Part shown: one piece after another, positions 9,003 to 18,549 of the stretch | Layout of the letters: every line of letters starts with the position of its first letter | Numbering within the stretch: the stretch's first letter is position 1 | Virus record (IMG/VR): IMGVR_UViG_3300025010_000007 | Span: 1-64,000 of that record | Length of the DNA: 64,000 bases | Direction: 5' to 3' (one strand) | Source: a virus | The notes under the pieces: model-generated | What the model saw: only the letters and a program-made list of their open reading frames with translations | Databases searched by the model: none | Told to the model about the DNA's origin: nothing | Position numbers and translations under genes: made by a program

Positions 9003-9004
9003 TC

Positions 9005-9027
9005 GCCTACGGGCGGTTTTCTTTTTG
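9005..9027 (+). terminator. Intrinsic terminator ending the + strand operon
   Basis: CGCC-TACG-GGCG followed by GTTTTCTTTTT, between convergent genes. Confidence 0.65.
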
Positions 9028-9102
9028 AGTAAAAAGCCCCACCACAAGGGCAGGGCATAGAAAGAAATTCGCGGTATGTTACTTTGTCCAACATGGGTAA
9101 AT

Positions 9103-9558
9103 TTATGATGCTTGGCTTTCTGTTTCGGTAGCCGGCTGCACTTCTCCGACCGGTGCAACTTCCTCCGGGTCTAGGTCCCCAGCATCCACCTGCACATCAA
9201 AGGACCTCATACTCTTATCAGCAAGCCACGCCTGCTCAATCGTATTCCTAATAGCCTCGTAAGACAAATCAGGTAAACCGTACTTATCCATATTCTTGTT
9301 GAAAAACGAAAGAGCTTCATGCAGCTTATCCGCCCCGTTTTTGTCCTTGAAAACGGTCTCAGCGTAAACGAAAGCCTCATGGCCAAGTTCCTTGATAAGC
9401 TTTTTCTGCGCTGCGGTTGTGTTAGCTTCGAACCAGGCAGCAACTACCGGCTGAAACTTTTTGATCTGCATCCCGACGTAAGAAAATAGTGTGAGTGCAG
9501 CTAAATATACAATCATGGATATTAGCTGGCTAAATGACTGAGAAAGGATTTCTTGCAT
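9103..9558 (-). CDS. LL-H-family holin-like protein
   Basis: N-terminal TM; AFVYAE...GADKLHEAL...IEQAW; downstream of endolysin. Confidence 0.7.
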   Translation of the reverse strand: MQEILSQSFSQLISMIVYLAALTLFSYVGMQIKKFQPVVAAWFEANTTAAQKKLIKELGHEAFVYAETVFKDKNGADKLHEALSFFNKNMDKYGLPDLSYEAIRNTIEQAWLADKSMRSFDVQVDAGDLDPEEVAPVGEVQPATETESQAS

Positions 9559-9694
9559 GGTTTTATACCTCCTAATTAAATTTTAGCCCTAGCGCAAATG
9601 GCTAGGGCATGGTCACCCATAATGGAATCCATTTGGAGTTACTTGGCCATCTGGCACGGGCATCACCTACCTTTCCTTGTATGCCTAGTCATAA

Positions 9695-10444
9695 CTAAAC
9701 TAAAGCACTTTTCTTTAATGTATTAAGCGACACTTTCAGCACAAACCACTTTGGTGCTGATTCATCAGGATCATGGTCCCCGGCAATCAGACCGGCCTTC
9801 TTCGCGTCCTCGATGATGTCAAGTTTCCATTGCTCCGGGCCTGCTTGTACCGACCGTACCGGAATAGGAATTCCGTAATAATTCAAAACCCCATCGGCAA
9901 TGGCCCGCGCAATTCGCTTTTGAAATTCCGGATTGGTTAGTAATTTTTCCTCTGCTGGGTTACTTATAAATGCCATCTCTATAAGTATGGCTAACATTCC
10001 GGTGCGCGTCAGAACGGCGAAATTTGCCTCTTTGTCGTCATCACCGTCTGACCTATCTTTTCTAAATGCTAGTTCCGGGAGTGCAGGTTCTAAGCTGGCT
10101 ATAACGCTGGTGGCCAACTTATCTGACTTGGTATCTCCACGCGAAGTAAAGACCTCAATGCCATGCGCGGAAGGGCCTGCAGCAGAATTGCAGTGAATAC
10201 TAATGAAGAAATCGGCATTCGATTTGTTAGCTATATCAGCTCTGGCTGTCAAATCGGCATTGAGAGTTGTACCCAGCCTGATGTCAGTTTCCCTGGTATA
10301 ACCAATGTCCAATCCGGCGTCCTTCAAATAACCTCCAACCAATTTCGATATAATCAAATTTACGTCTGCTTCGTGGGTTTTGCCTGGGCCTATTGCGCCA
10401 GGATCCGGGCCGCCATGTCCCGGATCGATTTCACCTTTAAGCAT
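9695..10444 (-). CDS. Endolysin, N-acetylmuramoyl-L-alanine amidase (Amidase_3)
   Basis: IDPGHGG, E, FISIHCN, ILIEMAFISN zinc-amidase motifs. Confidence 0.95.
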   Translation of the reverse strand: MLKGEIDPGHGGPDPGAIGPGKTHEADVNLIISKLVGGYLKDAGLDIGYTRETDIRLGTTLNADLTARADIANKSNADFFISIHCNSAAGPSAHGIEVFTSRGDTKSDKLATSVIASLEPALPELAFRKDRSDGDDDKEANFAVLTRTGMLAILIEMAFISNPAEEKLLTNPEFQKRIARAIADGVLNYYGIPIPVRSVQAGPEQWKLDIIEDAKKAGLIAGDHDPDESAPKWFVLKVSLNTLKKSALV

Positions 10445-10856
10445 TTTTACTGTCCCCCTGTCCTGACTTTCCCTTTAAAACAGCAACAGCCTGCTTGATC
10501 ACGTCCGGTACCGGCAGACCAATGCGGCCGGAATTTTCAATAATACTTAACAACTCGTTCGCCAGATAGAAAAATATTGTCGCATCCCTAAAAACATGGC
10601 CCTGGGCAATGGCAGTATCGACCAGGTGGGCCACCGCCACCATGAAAAAGATAGATACTTTCTTGGCTATTCCCCGTAATCCAACTGAGCTGCACAACGT
10701 CCCCTCAATGCCGGCCGCAAGCATACCCGACATGTAATCAATCACAACAAATGTCAACAATACCCCTAATATAGTGGACCAACCCCCAAACAGATAGGAG
10801 GTGATTGCGCCACCCACTGCTACTAGGGTTCTAAAAATAATGTCCCAGCGTTCCAT
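10437..10856 (-). CDS. Phage holin (toxin secretion/phage lysis family)
   Basis: LFGGW..IDYMSG..GIAKK..NELLSIIEN; start MERW after GGAGG. Confidence 0.9.
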   Translation of the reverse strand: MERWDIIFRTLVAVGGAITSYLFGGWSTILGVLLTFVVIDYMSGMLAAGIEGTLCSSVGLRGIAKKVSIFFMVAVAHLVDTAIAQGHVFRDATIFFYLANELLSIIENSGRIGLPVPDVIKQAVAVLKGKSGQGDSKNA

Positions 10857-10919
10857 CTTGCACCTCCGGTAACCAATTTTGACAAATAAAAAACACCCCC
10901 TGGGTGTATCACCTCCAAT

Positions 10920-10935
10920 TATTCCACGTGGAATA
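10920..10935. promoter_or_regulatory. parS/NBS-hybrid palindrome, copy 2 (TATTCCACGTGGAATA)
   Basis: Perfect 20-bp palindrome 10918-10937, intergenic. Confidence 0.8.
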
Positions 10936-10936
10936 A

Positions 10937-11089
10937 TCAAAAGCTTTTAGCTTTTAAAATCTCTCGCTTTGGCGTTACATAGTCAGGATTTTGCTTTTGC
11001 GCTTCCTTTTCCAATTGCTCCACCCTGCGCCTAAGATATTCCAATTCGCTCTCCGACTTCTCATGTACCTGTCCTTTTGTGTGCTTCAT
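10937..11089 (-). CDS. Small tail-region protein (50 aa, not in ORF track)
   Basis: MKHTKGQVHEKSESELEYLRRRVEQLEKE...; abuts 11090..11500. Confidence 0.55.
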   Translation of the reverse strand: MKHTKGQVHEKSESELEYLRRRVEQLEKEAQKQNPDYVTPKREILKAKSF

Positions 11090-11500
11090 TTATTTACCCC
11101 CCGATACATGTTTTAGTACAGTCAATTCTATTTCCGTCCCAGCAGCAGGAATATACCCCCAAGCAACTTTACCGCTCACAGGGCCTTTATTATCCAGCAT
11201 GGCTACTTCCGTCTGTTGATGTGTCCCATCTTGCAACACCTCATCCAGCAACCACCCATCCGGGTCAGTGGGGTCGATGTAGACATACAAATTTTTAGCA
11301 TAATCGGGGTCTGCCTGAAGTTCCAATGTAACTGCTTGAGTGGTTACCTGCTCGCCGCGATAATAAAACGTAGTAGCCGGTAGCTGCAGTTCTAAACCAT
11401 TTACAATTATTTCACCGTCAAACCATACCTTGGGGGAGCGTTTACCGCCGTTTTCGCCCATTTCCAGTACGCTCTTTTGTTTCACATAGTTAACTGCCAA
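11090..11500 (-). CDS. Tail-fibre-associated hypothetical protein
   Basis: Coupled to the fibre gene. Confidence 0.65.
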   Translation of the reverse strand: MAVNYVKQKSVLEMGENGGKRSPKVWFDGEIIVNGLELQLPATTFYYRGEQVTTQAVTLELQADPDYAKNLYVYIDPTDPDGWLLDEVLQDGTHQQTEVAMLDNKGPVSGKVAWGYIPAAGTEIELTVLKHVSGGK

Positions 11501-11501
11501 A

Positions 11502-12488
11502 TTAGTTCACCCCCATAGCGACCCAATATGCTTTTAGGGACCTCGTAACCGAATCCCCATTGTGGATGTGCAGATTGAATCCTGTTACGGTTACGTCACT
11601 GACAGAAACTTTGTACTTACTGGGGTCAGCATCATCAATGGTAGCCACAACCGAAAGTATATTAGAAAACGCAGAGGGATAAGTAACGGCTATAGTACCC
11701 ACTAATCCAGCCCCAATATTATTGATTGTTGTGTATCCAACCTGCATCCTGGGGAGGCTGTATTGCGAATCATACCCATTGAGCTGGCATTCTACTGCTT
11801 TTATATATTGGTCATTAGGATGGTTTGTAAAAGGCATGGGGACCTCGCCAGCCACAAGCGTTACTTCATCGACGTATACGGTTCCAGTGAGGGCAACACT
11901 ATCAATGACAGCAGCAAACACCTTTATCGTGTAAACGTTAGACGGGACAGCTGCCGAGATAGTGAGTTTCTCATATGCGTTACTACCAGTATGATGAGCT
12001 GATTGATGGGTGGAAATTACTTCACCGGAAGTATCCAAGAATTGTATCGTTGCGTGCACACCGGATGCGATAGTTGTTTTGATATTAGTTGTTAGCGAAA
12101 CCTTATTACCTTTCAACCTGTATATAACAGCGTCAATTACAGTTTGATATAACGACATTTCGCTACCGACAACATTCTTTAATAATTTCATACATGCGGG
12201 TGCGGTTAGCCAGTTCACGACGCTAATGTCATAACTATTTAAAACATCGCTATTAATAACTGCCCACGCATCAGGTATTCCGTTATCTGAGGCCCAGCCC
12301 CAAAAGTCACCGTTTCTAATTATGTTTTCATATTGCTGGTTGTCAAAAATATTTTTAAAATATACATCATTATTAATCAAGCGCTCAAAAAGAGGATTAA
12401 AAGTATTTGCATGAGCTGGGTCTGCAGTTTCCAGTAGTCGTACTATTTCACTATAATCTTTTGGTTCGTGAATCGGTTGATTAGGCAA
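11502..12488 (-). CDS. Tail fibre protein (carbohydrate-binding-like plus C-terminal H-type-lectin-like domain)
   Basis: LETADPAHANTFN..LINND fibre N-terminus; IIRNGDF CBM start; VTYPSAFS...AYWVAMG end. Confidence 0.75.
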   Translation of the reverse strand: MPNQPIHEPKDYSEIVRLLETADPAHANTFNPLFERLINNDVYFKNIFDNQQYENIIRNGDFWGWASDNGIPDAWAVINSDVLNSYDISVVNWLTAPACMKLLKNVVGSEMSLYQTVIDAVIYRLKGNKVSLTTNIKTTIASGVHATIQFLDTSGEVISTHQSAHHTGSNAYEKLTISAAVPSNVYTIKVFAAVIDSVALTGTVYVDEVTLVAGEVPMPFTNHPNDQYIKAVECQLNGYDSQYSLPRMQVGYTTINNIGAGLVGTIAVTYPSAFSNILSVVATIDDADPSKYKVSVSDVTVTGFNLHIHNGDSVTRSLKAYWVAMGVN

Positions 12489-12500
12489 AACTTCACCTCC

Positions 12501-12881
12501 TTAAAATTCGTCATCAAGTTCAAAAATCATTTCCATGTCGGCATCCTTAATTTTGTCGGTCATGGTCTTTTTGCAAACCATTTTGCCATCAGCATCTATT
12601 AATGCAATTTCGTTTATGGCTTGCTCGACTAATTCGTTTTTAAGTAGTCTGCAGGAATAACGACAGGTTGTTGATATGGGATAAGTATGACCGTCTATCA
12701 CCTTGCGAAGCAGTTCATTGCTGAGCCCAGTATCTACCCCGGTTGGCGGTATCGGGTTGCCATCAACATCCACTCCACCATTACCAAAGGCCATATGCGT
12801 GATTGTCGTTATGACGGTATCACCAGCTCTGGCTTTAGCCATTTGCTCCCGTGCATACTCTGTCGTTACACTGTTAGCCAT
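12501..12881 (-). CDS. Tail-collar/fibre attachment protein
   Basis: ITHMAFGNGG...INEIALIDADG motif of P2 gpH-like N-termini. Confidence 0.8.
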   Translation of the reverse strand: MANSVTTEYAREQMAKARAGDTVITTITHMAFGNGGVDVDGNPIPPTGVDTGLSNELLRKVIDGHTYPISTTCRYSCRLLKNELVEQAINEIALIDADGKMVCKKTMTDKIKDADMEMIFELDDEF

Positions 12882-12993
12882 TTACATTCCCTCCCAAAAG
12901 AAAAACCGTCCTATTAGGGCGGCTATCTGAAATATTTATTATACTCCTGGCGACTTACTGGCATTAGGGAACCTCGGAACATAAGGAATAGCC

Positions 12994-14589
12994 TTACTTC
13001 CCAAAGTTCCGTTTCTCTCTAACAAATTTACCAACAGGATTACCAGTCCAGACTCGGAGATCTTTGCTATATAAAATTTTGTTACCTGATTTAATTAGTC
13101 TTTTCTTTGCTTTGTTGTAAACTACACAACTTAAAGGCGGATAATTTTCGGTAGAAAAGATAATTATATATGCATCAGTCTCAGCAATATACCAGTATGG
13201 CGATATTTGGCTAAATTTTGTAGTTAAAATTGATCCGATGTTTAGGTCCGGATCTAGTTGATACGAAAATTTTTCTTCGCTCAAGCTATCTACAAACCAC
13301 CATCCGTCAAATCCAAACGCGATGGCTGTTAAATAACTAAGTTTTGCGTCTTCCATAGCTTCATCCTGAGTGGCAGCATCCCGTTGATCGGAAAGGCAGC
13401 AAATATTAACACCAAGGCTTTCCTTGTAGTTTTTAGCCTTTGTGTATTTTTCAATAGCTGTGTATGCATCGCTGGTATAACCGGAATTTGACATTAAAAA
13501 TGCCTCAAGTAAAGCCCAGTCGCCCAGCGCTAAACTTGTAGGTGTTCCGCTTGGGTTGTAGGTGGGGTTAATTTGACTACCCAACACATCATCAATATTC
13601 CAGGCATTTGCAAAGGCTTTTAAGTTTTTACTGTGACAATAGTCTACAATTTCATTTTGTCTGGCGCGAGTTTCTTTGTAGTCGTATCCGAATCTATCAA
13701 GAAAAACACCGTACCATCCCTCTGCTGCAATTCTGTCTACACCAGTCTTAAGAGCGGTCATATCAGGTAAGGGATCTGTTCCTTCTGCGCCCATAGCAAT
13801 ATAGCCAAATATTTTTACAGTAGTTTTTAGTTCATCGGTAACATATTTTTCTCTTACAGACAGAGTTCCCGGTTCATTACAAACAAGATAAGGAAACTGT
13901 TTCAGCGTTTCGATTGAGTGCGACGGACTTGCTTGTAAGTCAATGTTATCTAGATCGCCATAAAAAAAGGCAACCATGTCTAATTTAAGCTGCCCCTGTG
14001 GTGAAACCGGGCTAATGGGTTCATAGATACACTCAGGTTTTGAGTAAGCTTCGCCAACTTCAGATAATTCGACAGTAGATAAGTCCATAACCTCAAGAAA
14101 TTTAACTTTTGCCTTACCTGTTCGCTGCCTTAGATACACGGACGGATAAACATAGTTAATTGTCTTACCTGCCGCTGATTTAGTTGTAAACGCAAACTGT
14201 GACCATGGGTATTTTCCTGTTGGTATCGGCAGTCGTACCGCATATTCCCATGTATCATCGTGATGTCTGATATCAACATACAGGTACCAACCATCACCCA
14301 TCGCTCCAGGAACATCGTCTGCCTGCACTAATGCCCGGAACAGTATTTCACCGCCAGGTGTTTGTTGGTCTATGTGCACAATATCGCTAACTTTTTGCGA
14401 CAAGGTAGGATTTTGATTATTGATTACCGCTATTTCTTGATCCTCTGTAGTTATTGCTCCCGAAAAATCCCAGTCAAGAGCGTTTTTCGAAGTCAGAGCA
14501 ACGGGAGCTAATACGATATCCGCACCGTCTTTTTTAGTGTTTACATAGATACTATCTTTGTCGTTATAAATAAAAGAGATAATAGACAA
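12994..14589 (-). CDS. Putative glycoside-hydrolase-like (TIM barrel) protein with N-terminal CBM-like domain
   Basis: KIFGYI..GWYGVFLDRFGYD..ALLEAF; RBS GGAGGTG. Confidence 0.55.
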   Translation of the reverse strand: MSIISFIYNDKDSIYVNTKKDGADIVLAPVALTSKNALDWDFSGAITTEDQEIAVINNQNPTLSQKVSDIVHIDQQTPGGEILFRALVQADDVPGAMGDGWYLYVDIRHHDDTWEYAVRLPIPTGKYPWSQFAFTTKSAAGKTINYVYPSVYLRQRTGKAKVKFLEVMDLSTVELSEVGEAYSKPECIYEPISPVSPQGQLKLDMVAFFYGDLDNIDLQASPSHSIETLKQFPYLVCNEPGTLSVREKYVTDELKTTVKIFGYIAMGAEGTDPLPDMTALKTGVDRIAAEGWYGVFLDRFGYDYKETRARQNEIVDYCHSKNLKAFANAWNIDDVLGSQINPTYNPSGTPTSLALGDWALLEAFLMSNSGYTSDAYTAIEKYTKAKNYKESLGVNICCLSDQRDAATQDEAMEDAKLSYLTAIAFGFDGWWFVDSLSEEKFSYQLDPDLNIGSILTTKFSQISPYWYIAETDAYIIIFSTENYPPLSCVVYNKAKKRLIKSGNKILYSKDLRVWTGNPVGKFVREKRNFGK

Positions 14590-14673
14590 CGCATCACCTC
14601 CTATATCAATATAATATTATTCTAACTAAAACTTTACCTAACTAACGCATACCTATTGTTTCACACGAAATAA

Positions 14674-15696
14674 TTAATTATTACGTTCAAACACCAAATC
14701 ATCAAAAAGCTTTTTACGTAATTTATAGCTATTACAGTGCTTCACATGCCCAAGCCAAGAATGAATAGACGCTCTTATCTCGTCAAGCTGCATCTTTCTT
14801 TTAGAATACAGCTTCATAAATAGCCTTAGCTTCCTCTTTATTCTCCTCTTGGACTGGCCTTTTAATAATCGATGCGTAGACCAAACCCTATACCCGAGAA
14901 AGGTTACGCCTCTTTTCGCGGCTATCACCTGAGTTTTACCGTTTGTTTTGAGCCGCAAATCGCTCCAAAGGAATGCCTCTATCTCCTTCCTAAGCTCATG
15001 AAGATAGTTTTTGTCTGGATGAAGAATCACGACATCATCCATATACCTCACGTAATTTTTTATCTGTAATATTTCTTTTGCATAATGATCTAGATGGTTT
15101 AAGTAAATATTTGCAAATAGTTGCGAAGTAAGCGCTCCTATTCCGAGTCCTGGATCCGTAGGACTACTATCAATAATTGTTTTGATTAACCAAAGGACGT
15201 CCATGTCTTTTATTTTACGCCCGACCAAACCAAATAAAATATTGTGGTTTATACTTGGAAAATATTGTGCTACGTCTATTTTAAGGCAGTACACTTTGCC
15301 ATATTTGCCCTGCATGGACCTGAGCAACTTCTGAAAATAGTCTACTGCTGCATGCGTTCCCTTGCCATGTCGGCAAGCGTAGTTGTGATAAATAAACGAC
15401 CTGTCAAAAATAGGCTCTATAATATTATGCAGTGCATGATGTACCACCCTATCATAGAAAGCCGGTGCAGTTATGAGCCTTTTCTTTGGTTCGATAACGT
15501 AAAATTGCCTTGAAGTTCTTGGTGTGTAGCTTTTCCAAATGAGTTCATTTTGGATTGTAATGAGATTTTCCTCAAGGTTAGAAGTAAATTTCAATACTTC
15601 ATTGCGATACCGCTTAGACTTTCTGGCATCTAAATAGGCCTTGTAGATATTTTCGTAGTCATATATTTTGCTGTATAGGTTCCCGATTCTTTTCAA
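14674..15696 (-). CDS. DGR reverse transcriptase
   Basis: YVRYMDD, GLGIGALTSQLFANIYL (DGR-type SQ), DRVVHHA, GKGTH; adjacent TR and avd. Confidence 0.97.
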   Translation of the reverse strand: MKRIGNLYSKIYDYENIYKAYLDARKSKRYRNEVLKFTSNLEENLITIQNELIWKSYTPRTSRQFYVIEPKKRLITAPAFYDRVVHHALHNIIEPIFDRSFIYHNYACRHGKGTHAAVDYFQKLLRSMQGKYGKVYCLKIDVAQYFPSINHNILFGLVGRKIKDMDVLWLIKTIIDSSPTDPGLGIGALTSQLFANIYLNHLDHYAKEILQIKNYVRYMDDVVILHPDKNYLHELRKEIEAFLWSDLRLKTNGKTQVIAAKRGVTFLGYRVWSTHRLLKGQSKRRIKRKLRLFMKLYSKRKMQLDEIRASIHSWLGHVKHCNSYKLRKKLFDDLVFERNN

Positions 15697-15869
15697 CCCG
15701 ACACCTCAATCTGACTGATGTAAATAAAAAGAAAAGCCTTTTGAATAAATCTACTAAACTATTCTTTTGTTGTTTTTGTATTTACCCGCACAGGGAAGGT
15801 AATAGGCCCCTTTATCCCCGGCACTGGACATTAACCCTTGAGTTAACGACTTCCGGCTAATGGGGGTAG

Positions 15870-15980
15870 AGCGGAGCGAAACCCAATGTTGTTGTTGGCG
15901 TTCGACCGACCGTTGTTGAGGTTCAAGTAGAACACACCCGCATTCGAACCGTTGTTCCAGTTGCCACCACGATAGGGCAC
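15870..15980 (-). repeat. DGR template repeat (TR)
   Basis: 111 bp, 95/111 identical to 16446-16556; 11 AAY codons. Confidence 0.97.
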
Positions 15981-16005
15981 TTACGGCCTATTACCTAAAA
16001 ACAAT

Positions 16006-16375
16006 TTATTGTTTAGAGTTTTTTATCCACTGACCAAGTATTTTCCCTATTTCTTAGATGCCTCGACCATATCTCGTATTTTTTTAAAGAAAGAAAGGGA
16101 GGTTCCCCGGGAGAATTCCTTAGCTCACTGGCAAGACGCACCGTTGTTTTAAGAAATTGTAGCTCTACATCTATCTCCTGGAGCGTTGTTTTCTTATAAT
16201 ATTTTTTGCTCGCGGCTATGAGCAATTTTAGCAGCGTGTACATACTGGTTTTTATTTCTGCAGCCATTGTATGCTTCTCAGACTTCGGGAACTGCCGCAT
16301 GCAAATATATGCGTACCGGATCATGTCGTATGTTTTTTGAATTATTACCATGTCTTGATATTGTTCGTTACTCAT
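16006..16375 (-). pseudogene. avd: DGR accessory variability determinant, apparently frameshifted near 16054
   Basis: QKTYDM..FPKSEKH..KKTTLQEIDVEL; conserved C-terminal EIGKILGQW lies in the +1 frame. Confidence 0.85.
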
Positions 16376-16392
16376 GCGTTGCCTCCCTAATG

Positions 16393-16410
16393 GTCGCGCG
16401 ATAGCGCGAC
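16393..16410. promoter_or_regulatory. DGR target-recognition hairpin downstream of VR
   Basis: GTCGCGC-GATA-GCGCGAC: 7-bp GC-rich stem, 4-nt GRNA-type loop. Confidence 0.8.
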
Positions 16411-16433
16411 AGACAGAACACAAGATGCAGAAA

Positions 16434-17657
16434 TCAGATTACGAAAGCGGAGCGAAACCCAATGTTGGCGTAGGCGTACGACCGACCGTAGCTGAGGATC
16501 AAGGCGAACACACCCGCACTCGAACCGTAGCCCCAGGAGCCACCACGAAAGGGCACCCGCTCTCCGTAGTTTCGTATTTGTAAGTTGTCGCCACCATGGG
16601 ACGCATCAACAGAAGCTAAACCTAAAAGTTTTGCTATATTAGGTACCGTTATACCACCTGCAGCAGTAAGACTTTCAAATAAAACCTGAGAATATCCATA
16701 GTCAAATTGACCTCCTGGGATATACATAGGGTTGCTTATTACTGTATTGATCTTAGGATCGCCGCCTACGTCATGGGATGTAGTAGTCGAATCTCCGGCA
16801 GACGTATTGTCATATTTAAGTGTACCTGCAGTGCCAGGAGCAACTAAACTTCCATCTGTTGCAAGTATCGCTTTCCATTCTGCACTGCCCGCCGCTTGAT
16901 CTTTAGTGTTATCAGCAGCATTATTATCGGCAAGGATCTGGATTTCACCGTTAAGACGAAGGCCACCGACCCACTCGGACACATTTCCGTTTAAGTCATA
17001 GATGCCGAAAGGACTTCCATCATGGCTCCACGCTACTGGACCGCTGCCGGTTGCTACCCTACCTGTCTTGTTGACTCCGGTGTCTTTATGTGACGGTATG
17101 CCTTTTTCTGTTGCAACAGCGGCATCATATCCATAGTTGTTGTTACCGCGTGGCATAAATCCGTTTTTCTTGCACCAAAGTGCAACGGCTGCCCACTCCG
17201 CGTTGGTCACGAGATGCCAACCTACACCTTTTAACTTGCAATTTGTTAGCGCAGAATCAATTGTCAATGAGTTTGCCGGGTCTTGATATTTCAGTGATAG
17301 TGCCCTTGCTGCAGCTCCGCTGCCAACAACGATGTTTTGGTATTTTGACACATAAATAAATGGTTTAATCACACCATTTAAGATGAATGCCGAATGGGGA
17401 TATTGTCCGCCACCGGTAAGGACATCTGCTTCATTGAAGCAAGGAACGACCACCATAACGGAAGGATTGCCCTGGTCATCAAATATTACAGTATTCCGAC
17501 CAAAGCTGGCATCCTGTACCCGCTCACGCCAGGACCGCTGTTCTGCGGCATCGGTAATAACTCCGCTACGCTGGAATCGCTCAGTAAGCGAGATTTCAAT
17601 TTCGTTAATATCCCTAAGAAGTTGCCCCTGGGTATATGGACCACTAATGTATTGCAT
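16434..17657 (-). CDS. DGR target protein, C-type-lectin/FGE-like fold (Mtd-like receptor-binding protein)
   Basis: GWHLVTNAEW, GIYDLNGNVSEWV, C-terminal RGGSW...NIGFRSAF containing VR. Confidence 0.93.
   Translation of the reverse strand: MQYISGPYTQGQLLRDINEIEISLTERFQRSGVITDAAEQRSWRERVQDASFGRNTVIFDDQGNPSVMVVVPCFNEADVLTGGGQYPHSAFILNGVIKPFIYVSKYQNIVVGSGAAARALSLKYQDPANSLTIDSALTNCKLKGVGWHLVTNAEWAAVALWCKKNGFMPRGNNNYGYDAAVATEKGIPSHKDTGVNKTGRVATGSGPVAWSHDGSPFGIYDLNGNVSEWVGGLRLNGEIQILADNNAADNTKDQAAGSAEWKAILATDGSLVAPGTAGTLKYDNTSAGDSTTTSHDVGGDPKINTVISNPMYIPGGQFDYGYSQVLFESLTAAGGITVPNIAKLLGLASVDASHGGDNLQIRNYGERVPFRGGSWGYGSSAGVFALILSYGRSYAYANIGFRSAFVI
16446..16556 (-). repeat. DGR variable repeat (VR)
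   Basis: 16 mismatches to TR, 15 opposite TR adenines. Confidence 0.97.
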
Positions 17658-17876
17658 CTATTGTAACCCTCCCTCTGCTGCCACTGGCATTTCTGATATA
17701 GGGAATAATTCAATATTATTTCTACGTAAATCAGCTTCGTAGGTTGATAGATATGTTGATGCAGAAGTTTTATTGCCTTTGACAGAGGTTTCCCCCACTA
17801 GGTCAACGCCTTCATCCATGAAGTCAACTTTTATCGTGGTTGTACCGTCATCATTTTCGATAAATTCATGCATCAT
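17658..17876 (-). CDS. Small hypothetical protein coupled to the DGR target
   Basis: Overlapping/abutting start and stop codons on both sides. Confidence 0.7.
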   Translation of the reverse strand: MMHEFIENDDGTTTIKVDFMDEGVDLVGETSVKGNKTSASTYLSTYEADLRRNNIELFPISEMPVAAEGGLQ

Positions 17877-18514
17877 GCTTCCATCACCGCCACATTAATA
17901 TTTACACCTTCTGATATGACGTAGATCGGCACCATAATTGTAGGGTCGAATTTAAATGTTATCACGGTCCCAGACTCAACAGGGAAACCAGTTTGCTGAG
18001 TAACGCTAGACGGGCCAATCCGGAAGCGAAGCACGGGATCTTCGTTTTTAATAATCATCATACGCCTACCTGTTTTTGCCGACGCCGCAGCAAATATTTC
18101 TGCCGCGGTAGTCGTTACTGTTTTAGTCCCAACGGACGGAGCTGCAACAATTTCATCTCCCGTGCCGGTAATAGTTGCACTTACTGACGCGTCTACTTTC
18201 AACTTTCCGTCAGAAGTCACTCCGACATCGTTTGAGCCATCTGTTATTTTTGCTTTACCAAGTAGTGCAGTCCCTGCTGGTAGACTACCAGTTAGCTTGG
18301 TAGGGATTGCCTCCGCATCCTGGTTAACAACCTTCACATTCCCGGGGCTTGCAGCCGTCAATAACGGGTTACCCTGGGCATCATACAGCAGCACTCTGCC
18401 AGCGCCGCCTTCACCTTTCCACATTTCAAATCCCGTCTCGTCACTATTTACATATTGGGGCACGGGCAAACCTCTGTTGGTTACTAAAATATCCGCATCA
18501 ATAACAGCCGGCAT
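17873..18514 (-). CDS. Putative virion/fibre adaptor protein
   Basis: Likely start MPAVIDAD after AAAGGGGAG; beta-rich; tail module. Confidence 0.65.
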   Translation of the reverse strand: MPAVIDADILVTNRGLPVPQYVNSDETGFEMWKGEGGAGRVLLYDAQGNPLLTAASPGNVKVVNQDAEAIPTKLTGSLPAGTALLGKAKITDGSNDVGVTSDGKLKVDASVSATITGTGDEIVAAPSVGTKTVTTTAAEIFAAASAKTGRRMMIIKNEDPVLRFRIGPSSVTQQTGFPVESGTVITFKFDPTIMVPIYVISEGVNINVAVMEA

Positions 18515-18549
18515 TTTTTTTCTCCCCTTTCTTCTAAAAACCATTTCTC

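Noticed and set aside
10857-10940. N-terminal extension of the holin (MIIPRGIIG...)
   Set aside because: It is a translation of the palindromic site and terminator; the RBS supports a start at 10856
11502-12488. Second DGR target
   Set aside because: No similarity to TR at its 3' end, or elsewhere in the window that I could see
14657-14672. TGTTTCACACGAAATA as a sixth hybrid parS site
   Set aside because: Three mismatches including the central CACGTG; possibly a decayed site but not counted
14674-15696. RT as group II intron, retron or Abi RT
   Set aside because: TR/VR pair, avd and SQ motif identify a DGR; no maturase/endonuclease extension
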